Made by a program: the position numbers and the translations under genes. Under the pieces are notes generated by a model that saw nothing but the letters and a program-made list of their open reading frames with translations, did not search any database and was not told where the DNA came from. From positions 1-64,000 of the forward strand of contig CAWBCJ010000029.1 in the NCBI GenBank assembly GCA_963787255.1: a stretch of DNA of 64,000 bases, written 5' to 3'. This document shows positions 1 through 9,811 of this stretch, in pieces. Positions within the stretch are counted from its first letter, which is position 1; each line of letters begins with the position of its first letter. The DNA comes from Methanobacteriota archaeon (GTDB taxonomy: Archaea; Methanobacteriota; Methanobacteria; Methanobacteriales; Methanobacteriaceae).

Positions 1-21
1 AAAACCCATTTTGGTGATACT

Positions 22-307
22 GTGGAAAAAGTTCTCTGGTGGCTTATTGCTGGTTCAAAGGGAGGAATTAATCGGGCTCGAATTATAAGCGCCCTTCATG
101 AAAGACCCTACAATGCAAATAAAATGGGCAGAAAAATTAAATCTTGATTACAAAACCATAAGGTACCACATAAAAATTTTGGAAGATAATCAGATAATTA
201 GAGCTTCCGGAGGGAAATATGGAGCTATGTATTTCCTCCTCTCATCCGAACTGGAAAATAATTATGAACTTTTTAAGCATATATGGAATGAAATAGAAGA
301 TGAGTAG
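22..307 (+). CDS. ArsR-like winged-helix transcriptional regulator (one frameshift near 126)
   Basis: GGTGA RBS at 13-17 and GTG at 22 give VEKVLWWLIAGSKGGINRARIISALHERPYNANK. An extra G in 'atgggca' joins this to the ORF 98..307 segment AEKLNLDYKTIRYHIKILE, a typical archaeal HTH. Confidence 0.8.
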
Positions 308-318
308 TAGGTGATGGT

Positions 319-657
319 ATGGGTTGAAGGAAATTTTGGAGAGAGCGAATTTGAACGTGAGCTGCCGGTTCTACTACTGGCCTAGCATTTATTGCAGCTT
401 TAATAGGGGCAATAAACATAATATTACTCTTTCTGCTGCTTCTGGTGTACATTTCCAGTTACAGGAAATTAAAATCAAGCTTTAGTTTAGGGCTGGTTTT
501 CTTTGCACTTTTACTTATAATGCAAAATGCTATTTTCATTTTTTTCCTGCTTACAAGAGAAGGGTTCCATGGTCCTGGAATAGGATTACCAGTTTTAAGC
601 ATCAATCTTGTACAATTAAGTGCTTTGGTAGTTTTATTGAAAATAACAAATTTCTAA
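319..657 (+). CDS. Small multi-pass membrane protein following the HTH regulator (5' part frame-disrupted)
   Basis: GGTGA RBS at 311 and ATG at 319. Hydrophobic coding upstream of ORF 445..657 continues in frame; about 3 TM segments. The start region is garbled. Confidence 0.55.
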
Positions 658-834
658 TCTTTAAAGAATTTAATAAATTTTTAGTTAACGCATAAGAATC
701 TATCAAAGCAGTTATTTTATTTGAGTTACTCATTAAATCAACAGTTATACATTCTTATTATCTAACAGAATTTGCTTTGATGATTTGATTTTTCCAATTA
801 AAGAAATAATCAAAAAGAAGTAATAATTATGTAT

Positions 835-871
835 TCAGATTAGGATTACACTACTTAATCCATTAATCTGA
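835..871. terminator. Hairpin between convergent genes
   Basis: TCAGATTA-GGATTA-(7-nt loop)-TAATCC-AT-TAATCTGA, overlapping the reconstructed stop of the FHA gene. Confidence 0.4.
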
Positions 872-1431
872 CCTTATATGGCTTTTTTCAAAATATTTAA
901 TGTGCAGATTTGCTATCACTATTTCATCCCCATTATGGAGTTTTATCTTCTTAAAGGCTTGTAATTTGTCATTATTAACAAATGTTCCGTTTTTTGTGTC
1001 TAGATATTTTCAATATAAAACCCATTTTCCATGTTAGTGATTTTAAAATGATTTTTTCCAATAAAAAGTAGTTTATCTGTTGGAACAATCCCCAAAAAAT
1101 CTTCCCTGCCCATTATTCGTTCAGCACCAGTAACTATTATATTATTATTGTTTGGAAGGATTAATTTAGCAAAAACTCCATTTTTATTGGGTTTGTGAGT
1201 CATTGTAGTATTTAAAATCTTTGATTTCGGTGAAAAATATCTGTATATATATTCTATAATTAATCCCGCTATTATAGCCAGTATAACCGCTATTATAATT
1301 TCAGCATACTGATTTTTTAAATAATCTAAAACTGTATTATAACCATATATGAATGTAAATATGAGAATTGCTACAATTAATACGATGATTAATATTAAGG
1401 CCATAAGTTGCTTTGTAGATAATTTAAGCAT
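863..1431 (-). CDS. Membrane-anchored FHA-domain protein (frameshift near 1003)
   Basis: Two N-terminal TM helices, then GR...IGKNHF in ORF 1000..1431. An alternate frame continues LDTKNGTFVN...LHNGDEIVI to a stop at 863, completing the FHA motifs. Confidence 0.8.
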
Positions 1432-1727
1432 AGTAAACGACTTCTATATGTTTTAAAAGGAGGAGTAAATAGAAATATATAATGAGATATTTCTTAAATA
1501 GAATCTTTAGCTATCTTAAAATGTTCTCTAAAACTTAATTACTTCGTTGATATAGTCTTTTTTTTCTCAAGGTCTTTCATTAGGTCTTTTTTTAATTCTT
1601 ATTACCCCAAATATTTCTGAAAGTTAATTTGGTTCTTATTATTGTTAGAGATATTTGCTAAAAGGGTTAAATAGAAAAATATAAATATAATAATTTATTC
1701 TATGAATAAAATAATCATTTAAAATAG

Positions 1728-2505
1728 TTATTTTATATATTTAACCATTTTAAGAACGTCTTTACCTTTTTTAATATTCTTTTCAAAGATCAAGCTCAAC
1801 ATAGGCCTTTTTTCCTTTGCTGTAACTTGATGAAACCACAACCTGATTTTTGGCAACTATTTTAGCTCCATTTACAGGTGTGTGTCCCACTATCATCACT
1901 CTGCAATTGACAGCTTTTAAAAATGATTCAAGTTCTTTTTCATTAAAATCATTAGGACGGTTCCATAAAAGATCGTATAATTTAGAATTTCCCAAATAAC
2001 CATTATCTGTAATTCTTGCTATCTCATCAAGATGCTTAATATTTTTAGGAGGGCCAGCATGACTTATAAATACGCCATTGCCAGTTCTAACAGCTACAGG
2101 GAGTTTTTTAAAGAATTTCGCATATTCATGCAGCTTTTTTTCCCATTCATCATTAAAATGTCCCTTTAAAAGCTTTGCAAAATTGTGAGTTTGATCCATA
2201 CCTCTTTTATAAACCGAAATTCCCGATATTGTTGACCATTCATGATTTCCAAGAAGAACGTGGAAATTTGATGATCTTTTTTGCCTTTCTTTGACTGCTT
2301 CCAGTATTTCTATTGATTTATCATTTTCTCGTCCCATTGCATGTATAAAATCGCCGGTCAGGACCATATGGTTTATATCATCCTCTAATTCATCCCATAT
2401 ATCCATAAATTTATTAAAATCATCTAAATTACCATGAATATCTGTTACAATCAATGCTTTGCCTTTTCCAGGTAGTTCTATAAGGCTGCTGTTGTCAAAT
2501 GACAT
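1728..2505 (-). CDS. Calcineurin-like metallophosphoesterase (PPP-type Ser/Thr phosphatase-like)
   Basis: DIHG, GDFI, GNHE, HAG, LLWNRP and GHT motifs. Removing one T near 1785 extends the ORF to EKNIKKGKDVLKMVKYIK*. Confidence 0.85.
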
Positions 2506-2818
2506 AATGTTAATATGTAGGTTTTAGGTATTTAATAATATACTACGTAAATTTGATAATTGGATAAAAGAAACCGATATAAATCAGACCTTGCATAAAT
2601 ACTTCGTTTAACCTTGATATAACGAAATAATTGAGTTACATGGGTGAAAATAGGAAAAAATTGTGTTTAAAAAATTAAAAAATATATCTATTTACTGGTT
2701 TCAGTATATGCTAAACATCACTTAATATGCTATTCAAGCCAATTTTTATATTTAAAGATAAATTTAAGTTTCAAGCAGTACAACATAATAAAAATTATTG
2801 AAAAATGAGGAGTGTTAA

Positions 2819-3004
2819 ATGGGCGCTATAACAGTATGTATTCCAGATGAGTTAGAAATAGCATTTAGAAGAATTACAAGAATAAAATACGGAGACAAGC
2901 AGGGTCGTCTTTCAAGAGGAGCTACAGAAGCTCTCTTCGACTGGTGTAGAAAAGAAGGCTTTGATTACATTGAACCAGAAGATGAAGATAAAGTTTGCGA
3001 ATAA
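2819..3004 (+). CDS. Small ribbon-helix-helix (CopG-like) DNA-binding protein
   Basis: GAITVCIPDELEIAFR strand-helix pattern followed by a second helix; GAGGAG RBS. Confidence 0.65.
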   Translation: MGAITVCIPDELEIAFRRITRIKYGDKQGRLSRGATEALFDWCRKEGFDYIEPEDEDKVCE

Positions 3005-3153
3005 GTAAATGTTTTATCAACGCTTAAAAAAGAAATAAATAATATATGGATATACGATAACTGGTTTAATGAAATCCATGTTTTATAATCCTATTAACTC
3101 TTTAGGCTTGTTTTTTATCATCTTTAGGTTTAATTTTGTCAAAGTTTTAGAAA

Positions 3154-3309
3154 TTATTGTTGCAAGAAGGTAAAAAGGCCTCCTAAGAACATAAGGATTA
3201 CTGCAAACCAAGCCAGCCAATATACTAGAAATGGAAATATCAGGATGATGATTGCGATAATAACAGCAAGTGCCATCATCGAACCACCACTCGCTTTTGT
3301 ATTTTCCAT
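3154..3309 (-). CDS. Small hydrophobic membrane protein, 51 aa (not in the ORF track)
   Basis: GAGGTG RBS, then MENTKASGGSMMALAVIIAIIILIFPFLVYWLAWFAVILMFLGGLFTFLQQ*. It may be longer if the T-run near 3175 is miscalled. Confidence 0.6.
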   Translation of the reverse strand: MENTKASGGSMMALAVIIAIIILIFPFLVYWLAWFAVILMFLGGLFTFLQQ

Positions 3310-3359
3310 TATTTCACCTCCATTGTAGTTTTAATCTCTAAAAATTAAAATTTATTTTT

Positions 3360-3713
3360 TTATTCGAGTTCTAATTTTATGCCGCCAATTCTAGGTGCTA
3401 GGTAGTTGTATAGTAATACGGCTATGGCTGTTGCTATAAATGTTCCAATGAATGCCATAATAGGCCAAACTATGATTAGATATAATGCTCCCATAGCAGT
3501 GATTGAACCAGCAATTGAATTCACGACAGTAGCAGTTTCAGGGTTTAAACTGATAATATATGTACTTATTTGGTATATTGTTGAATATCCGATAATGAAG
3601 TATAGGATTCCAGCTATGAATGATAAAATCAAAGCAATCACCGACACTATCAAAGAAATATCAAATACAGGCAAAGATTTCACAGTTTTAGTCATGGATT
3701 TCACTTCTTCCAT
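3360..3713 (-). CDS. DUF3566-like membrane protein
   Basis: Two long TM regions and the C-terminal LYNYLAPRIGGIKLELE signature; GAGGTG RBS before MEEVK. Confidence 0.7.
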   Translation of the reverse strand: MEEVKSMTKTVKSLPVFDISLIVSVIALILSFIAGILYFIIGYSTIYQISTYIISLNPETATVVNSIAGSITAMGALYLIIVWPIMAFIGTFIATAIAVLLYNYLAPRIGGIKLELE

Positions 3714-3922
3714 GTATACACCTCTTTTTTTTATGAACAATAAAAATTCCATACTTATTTATATTTTTAATTGTATATATAATTAATAATATTTTAACTA
3801 TTCGTAATATAATTGAAATAAGAATTTTAAATGGGGTGAAAAATGGACACTAAATATAATTGGTTATCAATAAGATATGAATACCCTAAAAATTGTGTTG
3901 AGGATATAATAATGGTGGTATA

Positions 3923-4168
3923 ATGAGAGTAGCTGAACAAATTAAGGGAAAAGAAGTTATAGATAGTTCTGGGATGATTGCTGGTAAAGTAAAGGACATT
4001 GAAGTAAATTGGAGCACTAATGAAATTGAAGCAATTGTTTTAGGGAAAGGTGGATTATCTGAAAGTTTAGGTTTATCCAAAGAAGAAAATATCATTCCCT
4101 ACGACATGATTAAACAAATCGGAGACAAAATACTCCTAAAAGAAAATATAAACGAACCAGTATTATAA
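3923..4168 (+). CDS. PRC-barrel domain protein (CdpB-like)
   Basis: IKGKEVIDSSG..AGKVKDIEV...IIPYDMIKQIGDKILL; an 81-aa stand-alone PRC barrel. Confidence 0.85.
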   Translation: MRVAEQIKGKEVIDSSGMIAGKVKDIEVNWSTNEIEAIVLGKGGLSESLGLSKEENIIPYDMIKQIGDKILLKENINEPVL

Positions 4169-4236
4169 GAGTGATTCTTAAGTTAATAACCATTAAAAAT
4201 TTGAGATAAAAAAAATAATAAAAAGGTGGAATAAGT

Positions 4237-4668
4237 ATGGCTGATGCTGCTACAGCAATTTCAGAAAATATTGTTCCAATAATATTGGCAGTTTTAGCAG
4301 CGATTGTGATCATAATCGTTGTATTACAATGGAAGAAGGTCAGAGAAACTCAAAACAATGTAGCTCTGGTTGATAAACAGGTGGAACTTAAAAAAATTTC
4401 TCTTGTAGAAAAGGATCTAGAAACAAAAAGAATAATGGAAAATGTTATACCTCTACCTAAGGAACAGCAGGAAGAACTTGCTAATATAAGACGGAATACT
4501 TCGGATATCATGCACAAAGTTGGGTTTCTCCACAGTGAAATAGGCGAAAGAGTTGCTCGCCTGGAAGCTAAAGCAGAATACGGGAAACTTCAAAAACTAA
4601 TGAAAGATCTAGAAAAAAAAGAAAGCGATCTTGATAAAAAAGTAGAAAACACCTCAAGGAGGAAATAA
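4237..4668 (+). CDS. Single-TM coiled-coil protein
   Basis: N-terminal TM helix followed by heptad-rich charged helices; AGGTGG RBS. Confidence 0.75.
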   Translation: MADAATAISENIVPIILAVLAAIVIIIVVLQWKKVRETQNNVALVDKQVELKKISLVEKDLETKRIMENVIPLPKEQQEELANIRRNTSDIMHKVGFLHSEIGERVARLEAKAEYGKLQKLMKDLEKKESDLDKKVENTSRRK

Positions 4669-4671
4669 ATT

Positions 4672-5316
4672 ATGACACCACTGGAAATATTTGCAATTCT
4701 AGTCTTAGCAGGTGCAGTAATTGTACTATTCTACTATTACCTAAAGGAAATGAATAGAACAGGTAGCGCAGGTTTTGACACATTAAAATCAAGCGCCACT
4801 AATATGGGAAAAGGAGTCTCAGATGCCGGCAGCCGCGTTTCTGGAGGAATATCCCAACAATACAGCAACCAAAACGTTGAAGGAGAAAAAAGTGCTGAAG
4901 GGGAGAGTAGAATGTCCGGAGTAAGCGAAAAAGTATCTGGAATAGGTGAAAGTTTTAAAAAGTCGGGAGTAAGCGAAAAAGTATCTGGAGTGGGAGAAAG
5001 TTTTAAAAAGTCAGGAGTAAGCGAAAAAGTATCTGGAATGGGTGCGGGATTAAAGGGAAAGGTTAAAGAAGTACCAATAAGTACAGATGTTTTATCTGGA
5101 CGAATTGATGAATTTTTAAATGATCAAAGCGATCGGCTTATTAAAGACTGGGAATTAGCCACAAAATCAGATATAGGCAAGCTTGAAAAGAAATACAGCA
5201 AAGTAGCAAGGGACATAGACGACGTGGAAAGACGATTTAATGAATACAGAGGCCATGCTAATAAAAAATTTGAACACATTGAAAAGAGATTAAACAATTT
5301 AGAGGGTGAAGAATAA
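4672..5316 (+). CDS. Single-TM protein with internal repeats and a C-terminal coiled coil
   Basis: TM helix, a G/S/K/E-rich repeat region and a C-terminal coiled coil; starts 3 nt after the previous gene. Confidence 0.75.
   Translation: MTPLEIFAILVLAGAVIVLFYYYLKEMNRTGSAGFDTLKSSATNMGKGVSDAGSRVSGGISQQYSNQNVEGEKSAEGESRMSGVSEKVSGIGESFKKSGVSEKVSGVGESFKKSGVSEKVSGMGAGLKGKVKEVPISTDVLSGRIDEFLNDQSDRLIKDWELATKSDIGKLEKKYSKVARDIDDVERRFNEYRGHANKKFEHIEKRLNNLEGEE
4918..5037 (+). repeat. In-frame 48-bp tandem repeat, about 2.5 copies (16-aa unit GVSEKVSG[IV]GESFKKS)
   Basis: GGAGTAAGCGAAAAAGTATCTGGA occurs at 4918, 4966 and 5014. Confidence 0.95.
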
Positions 5317-5626
5317 ATAGAAACATCTGACTAACTCTATTTTTTTATTTTAACATTTAAAATAAAGTACCTTTATCTGAGAGCTTGAAAACCCCATTTC
5401 AGTTTTTAAATCTCTTAGTTATCTTTTTTAACTATGAATTCTTCTTTAATATATGGCGCGTGAGTTAAAACCGTGCTCTTTTGTTTCTTTTAATTTCTCA
5501 TGAACTTTTTTTGTTTAGCTTCATATTATTAATTTTTCATAGAAATTAATAAGTATTATTAATGTTCATAATAGTAGTATATTTCATCACATAATACTAA
5601 AACTAAACTGAGTATTTATGGACTAA

Positions 5627-5827
5627 ATGAAGGTTGAATTTATGGTTGATGTGAATAGTTGGATTGTGCCCTGTAAAAACTGTGGAATGAAATATAATTT
5701 TCAAGAGGGGAGTAAAATAAAAATATTAAGTCTGGAACAGATTGAATTAGAAGAAGAGCCTAAATGCCCTTCATGTGGAAATTCTAATTCCATAGCCATT
5801 CTTAAAGATCCTCATAGTGGGTATTAA
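5627..5827 (+). CDS. Small zinc-ribbon protein
   Basis: CKNC and CPSC pairs in 66 aa. Confidence 0.55.
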   Translation: MKVEFMVDVNSWIVPCKNCGMKYNFQEGSKIKILSLEQIELEEEPKCPSCGNSNSIAILKDPHSGY

Positions 5828-6188
5828 GGCTTTTATCCATTTTTTTTCTTATGCCCAGTAACTTCCTTTTAATTCAATTATTTGATATTCTACCCTATGT
5901 CCATAGTTAATCACTAATAAAATATTAGGAAGTGAAAAAGGCTTTTGGCTTAATAATCAGGACGGTAGAGATATCTTCCGGATTAGACTTTCCTAAGGTT
6001 TTTTTTAATTAATCTGGTGATATGTATATTCATAGATTTTTTTTGGTCTCTTTTGTTTCCTCATAATCACTCATTTATTAATTCCAAAACTACTGACTTT
6101 TGAAACAATGCAATAACTTAATAATCATAAATAATTCATTAAAAATATGAAAAATAGTGGTAACTCCCACACTTTTCCAAAATAGATT

Positions 6189-6960
6189 TTACATTAATCC
6201 CTGCTCTCTTTTAGTGAAAAGATACGATGCTGTAAGTATTGTTGCTGCAGCAAAAGCCAGTAAAATTATAAAATTAATGTATATTGGCAGCACAGAAACA
6301 TGTAGAATTGCACCACGTAAAGCGTCGACTCCATAAGTCAAAGGATTTAAATATACTGCAAATCTGAAGCCATTCTGGAAGTCCAGTTATTGGGAAAAGT
6401 GCTCCACTAAGTAAAAACATTGGCAGAACGATGAAGCTTAATATAAGGTTGAAATCCTTCCATACTGTCTGTAAAAGAGGCTATCATCAGGCCTAGAGCA
6501 TGCCAGTCCCAAGTGACATTAATATTATAATCACTGTACTAACCACGAAGTTGGGAATTGTCATTTGAATTCCAACTATAAATGATAAAAAAAGCAGTAT
6601 GACTCCTTGAATCATAGATGCTGTGCTTATTCCAAGGGCTTTACCTACTACAACTGACGGTCGTGAAATTGGAGCTACAAGAATTTCTTTTAAGAATCCG
6701 TATTGACGGTCAATAATTACTGAAACTCCTGAAAAGACAGCAGTAAACAGAATGGTCTGCCCTATTATTCCAGGAAATATGAACTGCTGATACCCTACTC
6801 CAGAAATTCCCCCAAATCTAACAGCAGCCCCTAAACCAGTTCCAAAGATGATTAACCATAAAAGGGGTGTTACGACAGAAGTTATAATTCGAGACTTGTA
6901 TCTGACGTACCTTTTACTCTCCCTAAGCCAGATGGTGTAAATTCCTTCTAATTCGGCCAT
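6189..6960 (-). CDS. ABC-2 type exporter permease, DrrB-like (frameshifted)
   Basis: IIDRQYGFLKEILVAPISR motif. Downstream frames give MEGFNLIISFIVLPMFLLSGALFP and NPLTYGVDALRG, ending YLFTKREQGLM*. Confidence 0.85.
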
Positions 6961-6961
6961 T

Positions 6962-7903
6962 TTATCTTCCCCCTTTCATTTTTGAGCCAGTATACTTGAT
7001 AAATACGTCTTCAAGATTAGGGTGGTCAAGTTCAACTGATTTTACCTCGATTCCATTTTGGCCTGCGAAATTCACAACTTTAGTAATGAGATTTTCTCCT
7101 CTTTCCACCATTAATTTGATTTCACCGTCCATTACAAATATTTCCTTAATAAAGTCAAGGTCTTTAGCCAAATTCTGGAATTTTTCAGGATCGTCAACCA
7201 TTAATGTGATTGTATCTGCTTTTAATTCACGTTTCAGATTTTTTGGGGAATTAGTGGTTACAATGTTCCCTTTATCAAATATGGAAATTTTATCACAGAG
7301 TTTATCAGCTTCATCCATGTAATGGGTGGTTAAAAGAACAGTTATATCTTCTCTTTTATTTAAATCCTCTATATACTCCCAAATTTTCTCTCTTGTCTGT
7401 GGATCAAGCCCTAGAGTCGGTTCATCTAAAAATAAGACTTTGGGATAGTGAATTAAACCCCTTCCAATTTCCAGCCTTCTTTTCATCCCGCCGGAGTATG
7501 TTTTTGTAAATTCATCTGCCTTTTCCCCAAGGTCAATTAAATCCAGTATTTCCTCGATTCGTTTCGATCTAACTTCTTTAGGCACGCCGTAAAGAGAAGC
7601 ATGCATTTCAAGATGTTCTCTACCTGTTAATATATCATCTAACGCCCGGGATTGAAAAACAATACCTATTGAACCTCTAACTTCTTTAGCTTGCTTTACT
7701 ATGTCATAACCATTAACAGTTGCCGTTCCAGATGTTGGATGCAGAATGGTGCACAGCATTGAAATAAGCGTGGTTTTTCCAGCTCCGTTAGGTCCAAGCA
7801 CACCATAAACACTGTTTCTTTCAACTTCTAAATTTACAGAATCTACAGCTGTGAAGTCGTCGAATTTTTTTGAAATATTGTATGTTTCAATAATATTATC
7901 CAT
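6962..7903 (-). CDS. ABC exporter ATP-binding protein (DrrA-like)
   Basis: Walker A GPNGAGKT, signature YSGGMKRR, Walker B LFLDEPT. Confidence 0.95.
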   Translation of the reverse strand: MDNIIETYNISKKFDDFTAVDSVNLEVERNSVYGVLGPNGAGKTTLISMLCTILHPTSGTATVNGYDIVKQAKEVRGSIGIVFQSRALDDILTGREHLEMHASLYGVPKEVRSKRIEEILDLIDLGEKADEFTKTYSGGMKRRLEIGRGLIHYPKVLFLDEPTLGLDPQTREKIWEYIEDLNKREDITVLLTTHYMDEADKLCDKISIFDKGNIVTTNSPKNLKRELKADTITLMVDDPEKFQNLAKDLDFIKEIFVMDGEIKLMVERGENLITKVVNFAGQNGIEVKSVELDHPNLEDVFIKYTGSKMKGGR

Positions 7904-8395
7904 TAATATCCCCTAAACTGTTTTCTTATCTGATTTAAATTAATTTAAGAAAAGTATTATCAATAATTGATTATATCCTTCTAATAATTTGTTGTTAAAA
8001 TTTAATATAAGTAACCATTTGAAATTAATTTTCAAAGCAGTATAATAATATTTTTTTTAACAACTCTAAAAAATTAAGTATAATAAATTGATTTTATGAG
8101 TTAAAACAGCAAATATCAGTTTATAATGTTTAAAAAAAAGGAATAAATTCATATCATGATATTGAAACTAAAATTAAGAATATTTTGACATAATTATAGC
8201 ATTAAAAGCTCTATTGATTTTATTTAAAGTTTTAAATGTATTTCTACCTATTATTTTTTACAAAAATCAAATTTAAGTAAATTTTAAATATTTTTTATTA
8301 TAAAAATAATATTGATTAACATTTTCGGAATGAAAAAAATATTTTCTATGGTATTCAATCCGTTTTGGAAGCTTTAATAGGTTAATGGTGATTTA

Positions 8396-9760
8396 ATGAT
8401 ATTAGAAATAATTAAAAGTGAGGGATTAGCACACAAATCTTATTTTATAGGGTCGAATGGAGAAGCAGCAGTTATAGATCCAAGAAGAGATTGTGATGCC
8501 TATGTAGATTATTCAAAGAAACACCAGATGAAGATTACACATATTTTTGAAACCCATCGTAATGAAGATTATGTTATCGGCTCAAGAGAGCTTTCAAAAA
8601 GAGTTGGTGCGCAAATATACCATGGAAAAAACTTAGATTTTGCCTATGGAAATCCTGTCAAGGAAGGTGATAGATTCAATGTGGGTTCAGTAGAATTAGA
8701 AATATTAGAAACACCAGGACATACTGAAGAAAGTATATCTCTGGTATTGAAGGACAAAGATGTTTCAGATCAGGTATATATGGTTTTTACAGGTGATGCA
8801 CTTTTTGCAGGAGAAGTGGGCAGAACTGACCTTTATGGGAAAGATAGAGTGAAAGATGCCGCGGAAAAGCTCTATAATAGTATTTTTGGAAAATTACTGC
8901 CTTTAGGAGATGATGTTCTGGTTTTTCCAGCCCATGGTTCAGGTTCGGTCTGCGGGAAGGATATCCGAGAAAGTGAATATACAACTATTGGATATGAGAA
9001 AAAAACAAGTCCAATGCTTCAAAAATCTAAAAAACAGTTTATTGAATCTAAACTAAATGAAAAAATGGTTATAGCACCTTATTTTGATAAAATGGAAGAA
9101 TACAATCGTGAAGGACCCCCAATAATTTGCAGACTACCTTACCCACATCCAATGACCATTAATGAGCTTAAAGAACATATAGGAAAATATCAGGTTGTTG
9201 ATGTTAGAATAGCTCCCAGTTTTGCAGGAGGACACATTCCTGGCACTTTAAATATATGGAAATATGGATTAACCTATTTTGCTGGTTGGATGCTGAATTA
9301 TAAGGATCCCATAGTTATAGTTGACGAAAGTAATGAGCATCTTGACCAGATTATGAGATATTTGGTAAGACTGGGATACGACAATATATTTGGATATTTA
9401 GCTAACGGATTTACCAGTTGGTCTGTAAGCGGAGAAGATATAGAAATTGTGGATACCTGGTCGGTGCATAAATTAAAAGAACACCTTAAAGACGAATCAA
9501 TATTTTTACTGGACGTGCGGGAAATTGGGGAGTTCGAAGATGGATACATTGAAGGTGCGCACCACATATACGTTGGATACTTAAAAAATAGACTTAAAGA
9601 AGTTCCAAAAGATAAATATATCGTAGTTTACTGTGATACGGGAAACAGAGCCAGTATTGCCACCAGCGTGCTGAAAATGAATGGATATAAAAGGGTAGTA
9701 AATGTTTTAGGAAGTATTAAAGCCTGGAAAAGAGCAGGATATCCTCTGGTAAAGAAATAA
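8396..9760 (+). CDS. MBL-fold hydrolase with two rhodanese domains
   Basis: ETHRNED, TPGHT, FTGD and PAHG motifs; rhodanese DVR...GHIPG and YCDTGNRA. Confidence 0.9.
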   Translation: MILEIIKSEGLAHKSYFIGSNGEAAVIDPRRDCDAYVDYSKKHQMKITHIFETHRNEDYVIGSRELSKRVGAQIYHGKNLDFAYGNPVKEGDRFNVGSVELEILETPGHTEESISLVLKDKDVSDQVYMVFTGDALFAGEVGRTDLYGKDRVKDAAEKLYNSIFGKLLPLGDDVLVFPAHGSGSVCGKDIRESEYTTIGYEKKTSPMLQKSKKQFIESKLNEKMVIAPYFDKMEEYNREGPPIICRLPYPHPMTINELKEHIGKYQVVDVRIAPSFAGGHIPGTLNIWKYGLTYFAGWMLNYKDPIVIVDESNEHLDQIMRYLVRLGYDNIFGYLANGFTSWSVSGEDIEIVDTWSVHKLKEHLKDESIFLLDVREIGEFEDGYIEGAHHIYVGYLKNRLKEVPKDKYIVVYCDTGNRASIATSVLKMNGYKRVVNVLGSIKAWKRAGYPLVKK

Positions 9761-9811
9761 AGAAATTAATTAATTATATAATGAATTTAAAATATAAAAG
9801 GGGTTTTTTAG

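Noticed and set aside
1500-1660. Coding-like minus-strand stretch ([13 protein letters not shown]...) between the phosphatase and FHA genes
   Set aside because: No start, several stops and no recognisable family; may be chance in A-rich DNA.
4918-5037. Regularly spaced 24-bp repeats resembling a mini CRISPR array
   Set aside because: The intervening segments are near-identical to each other, the unit is in frame inside a CDS, and no cas genes are present.
5931-5978. SEKGF...QDGRDIF resembles a cold-shock domain fragment
   Set aside because: Only about 16 codons, needs frameshifts, and lacks the flanking motifs.
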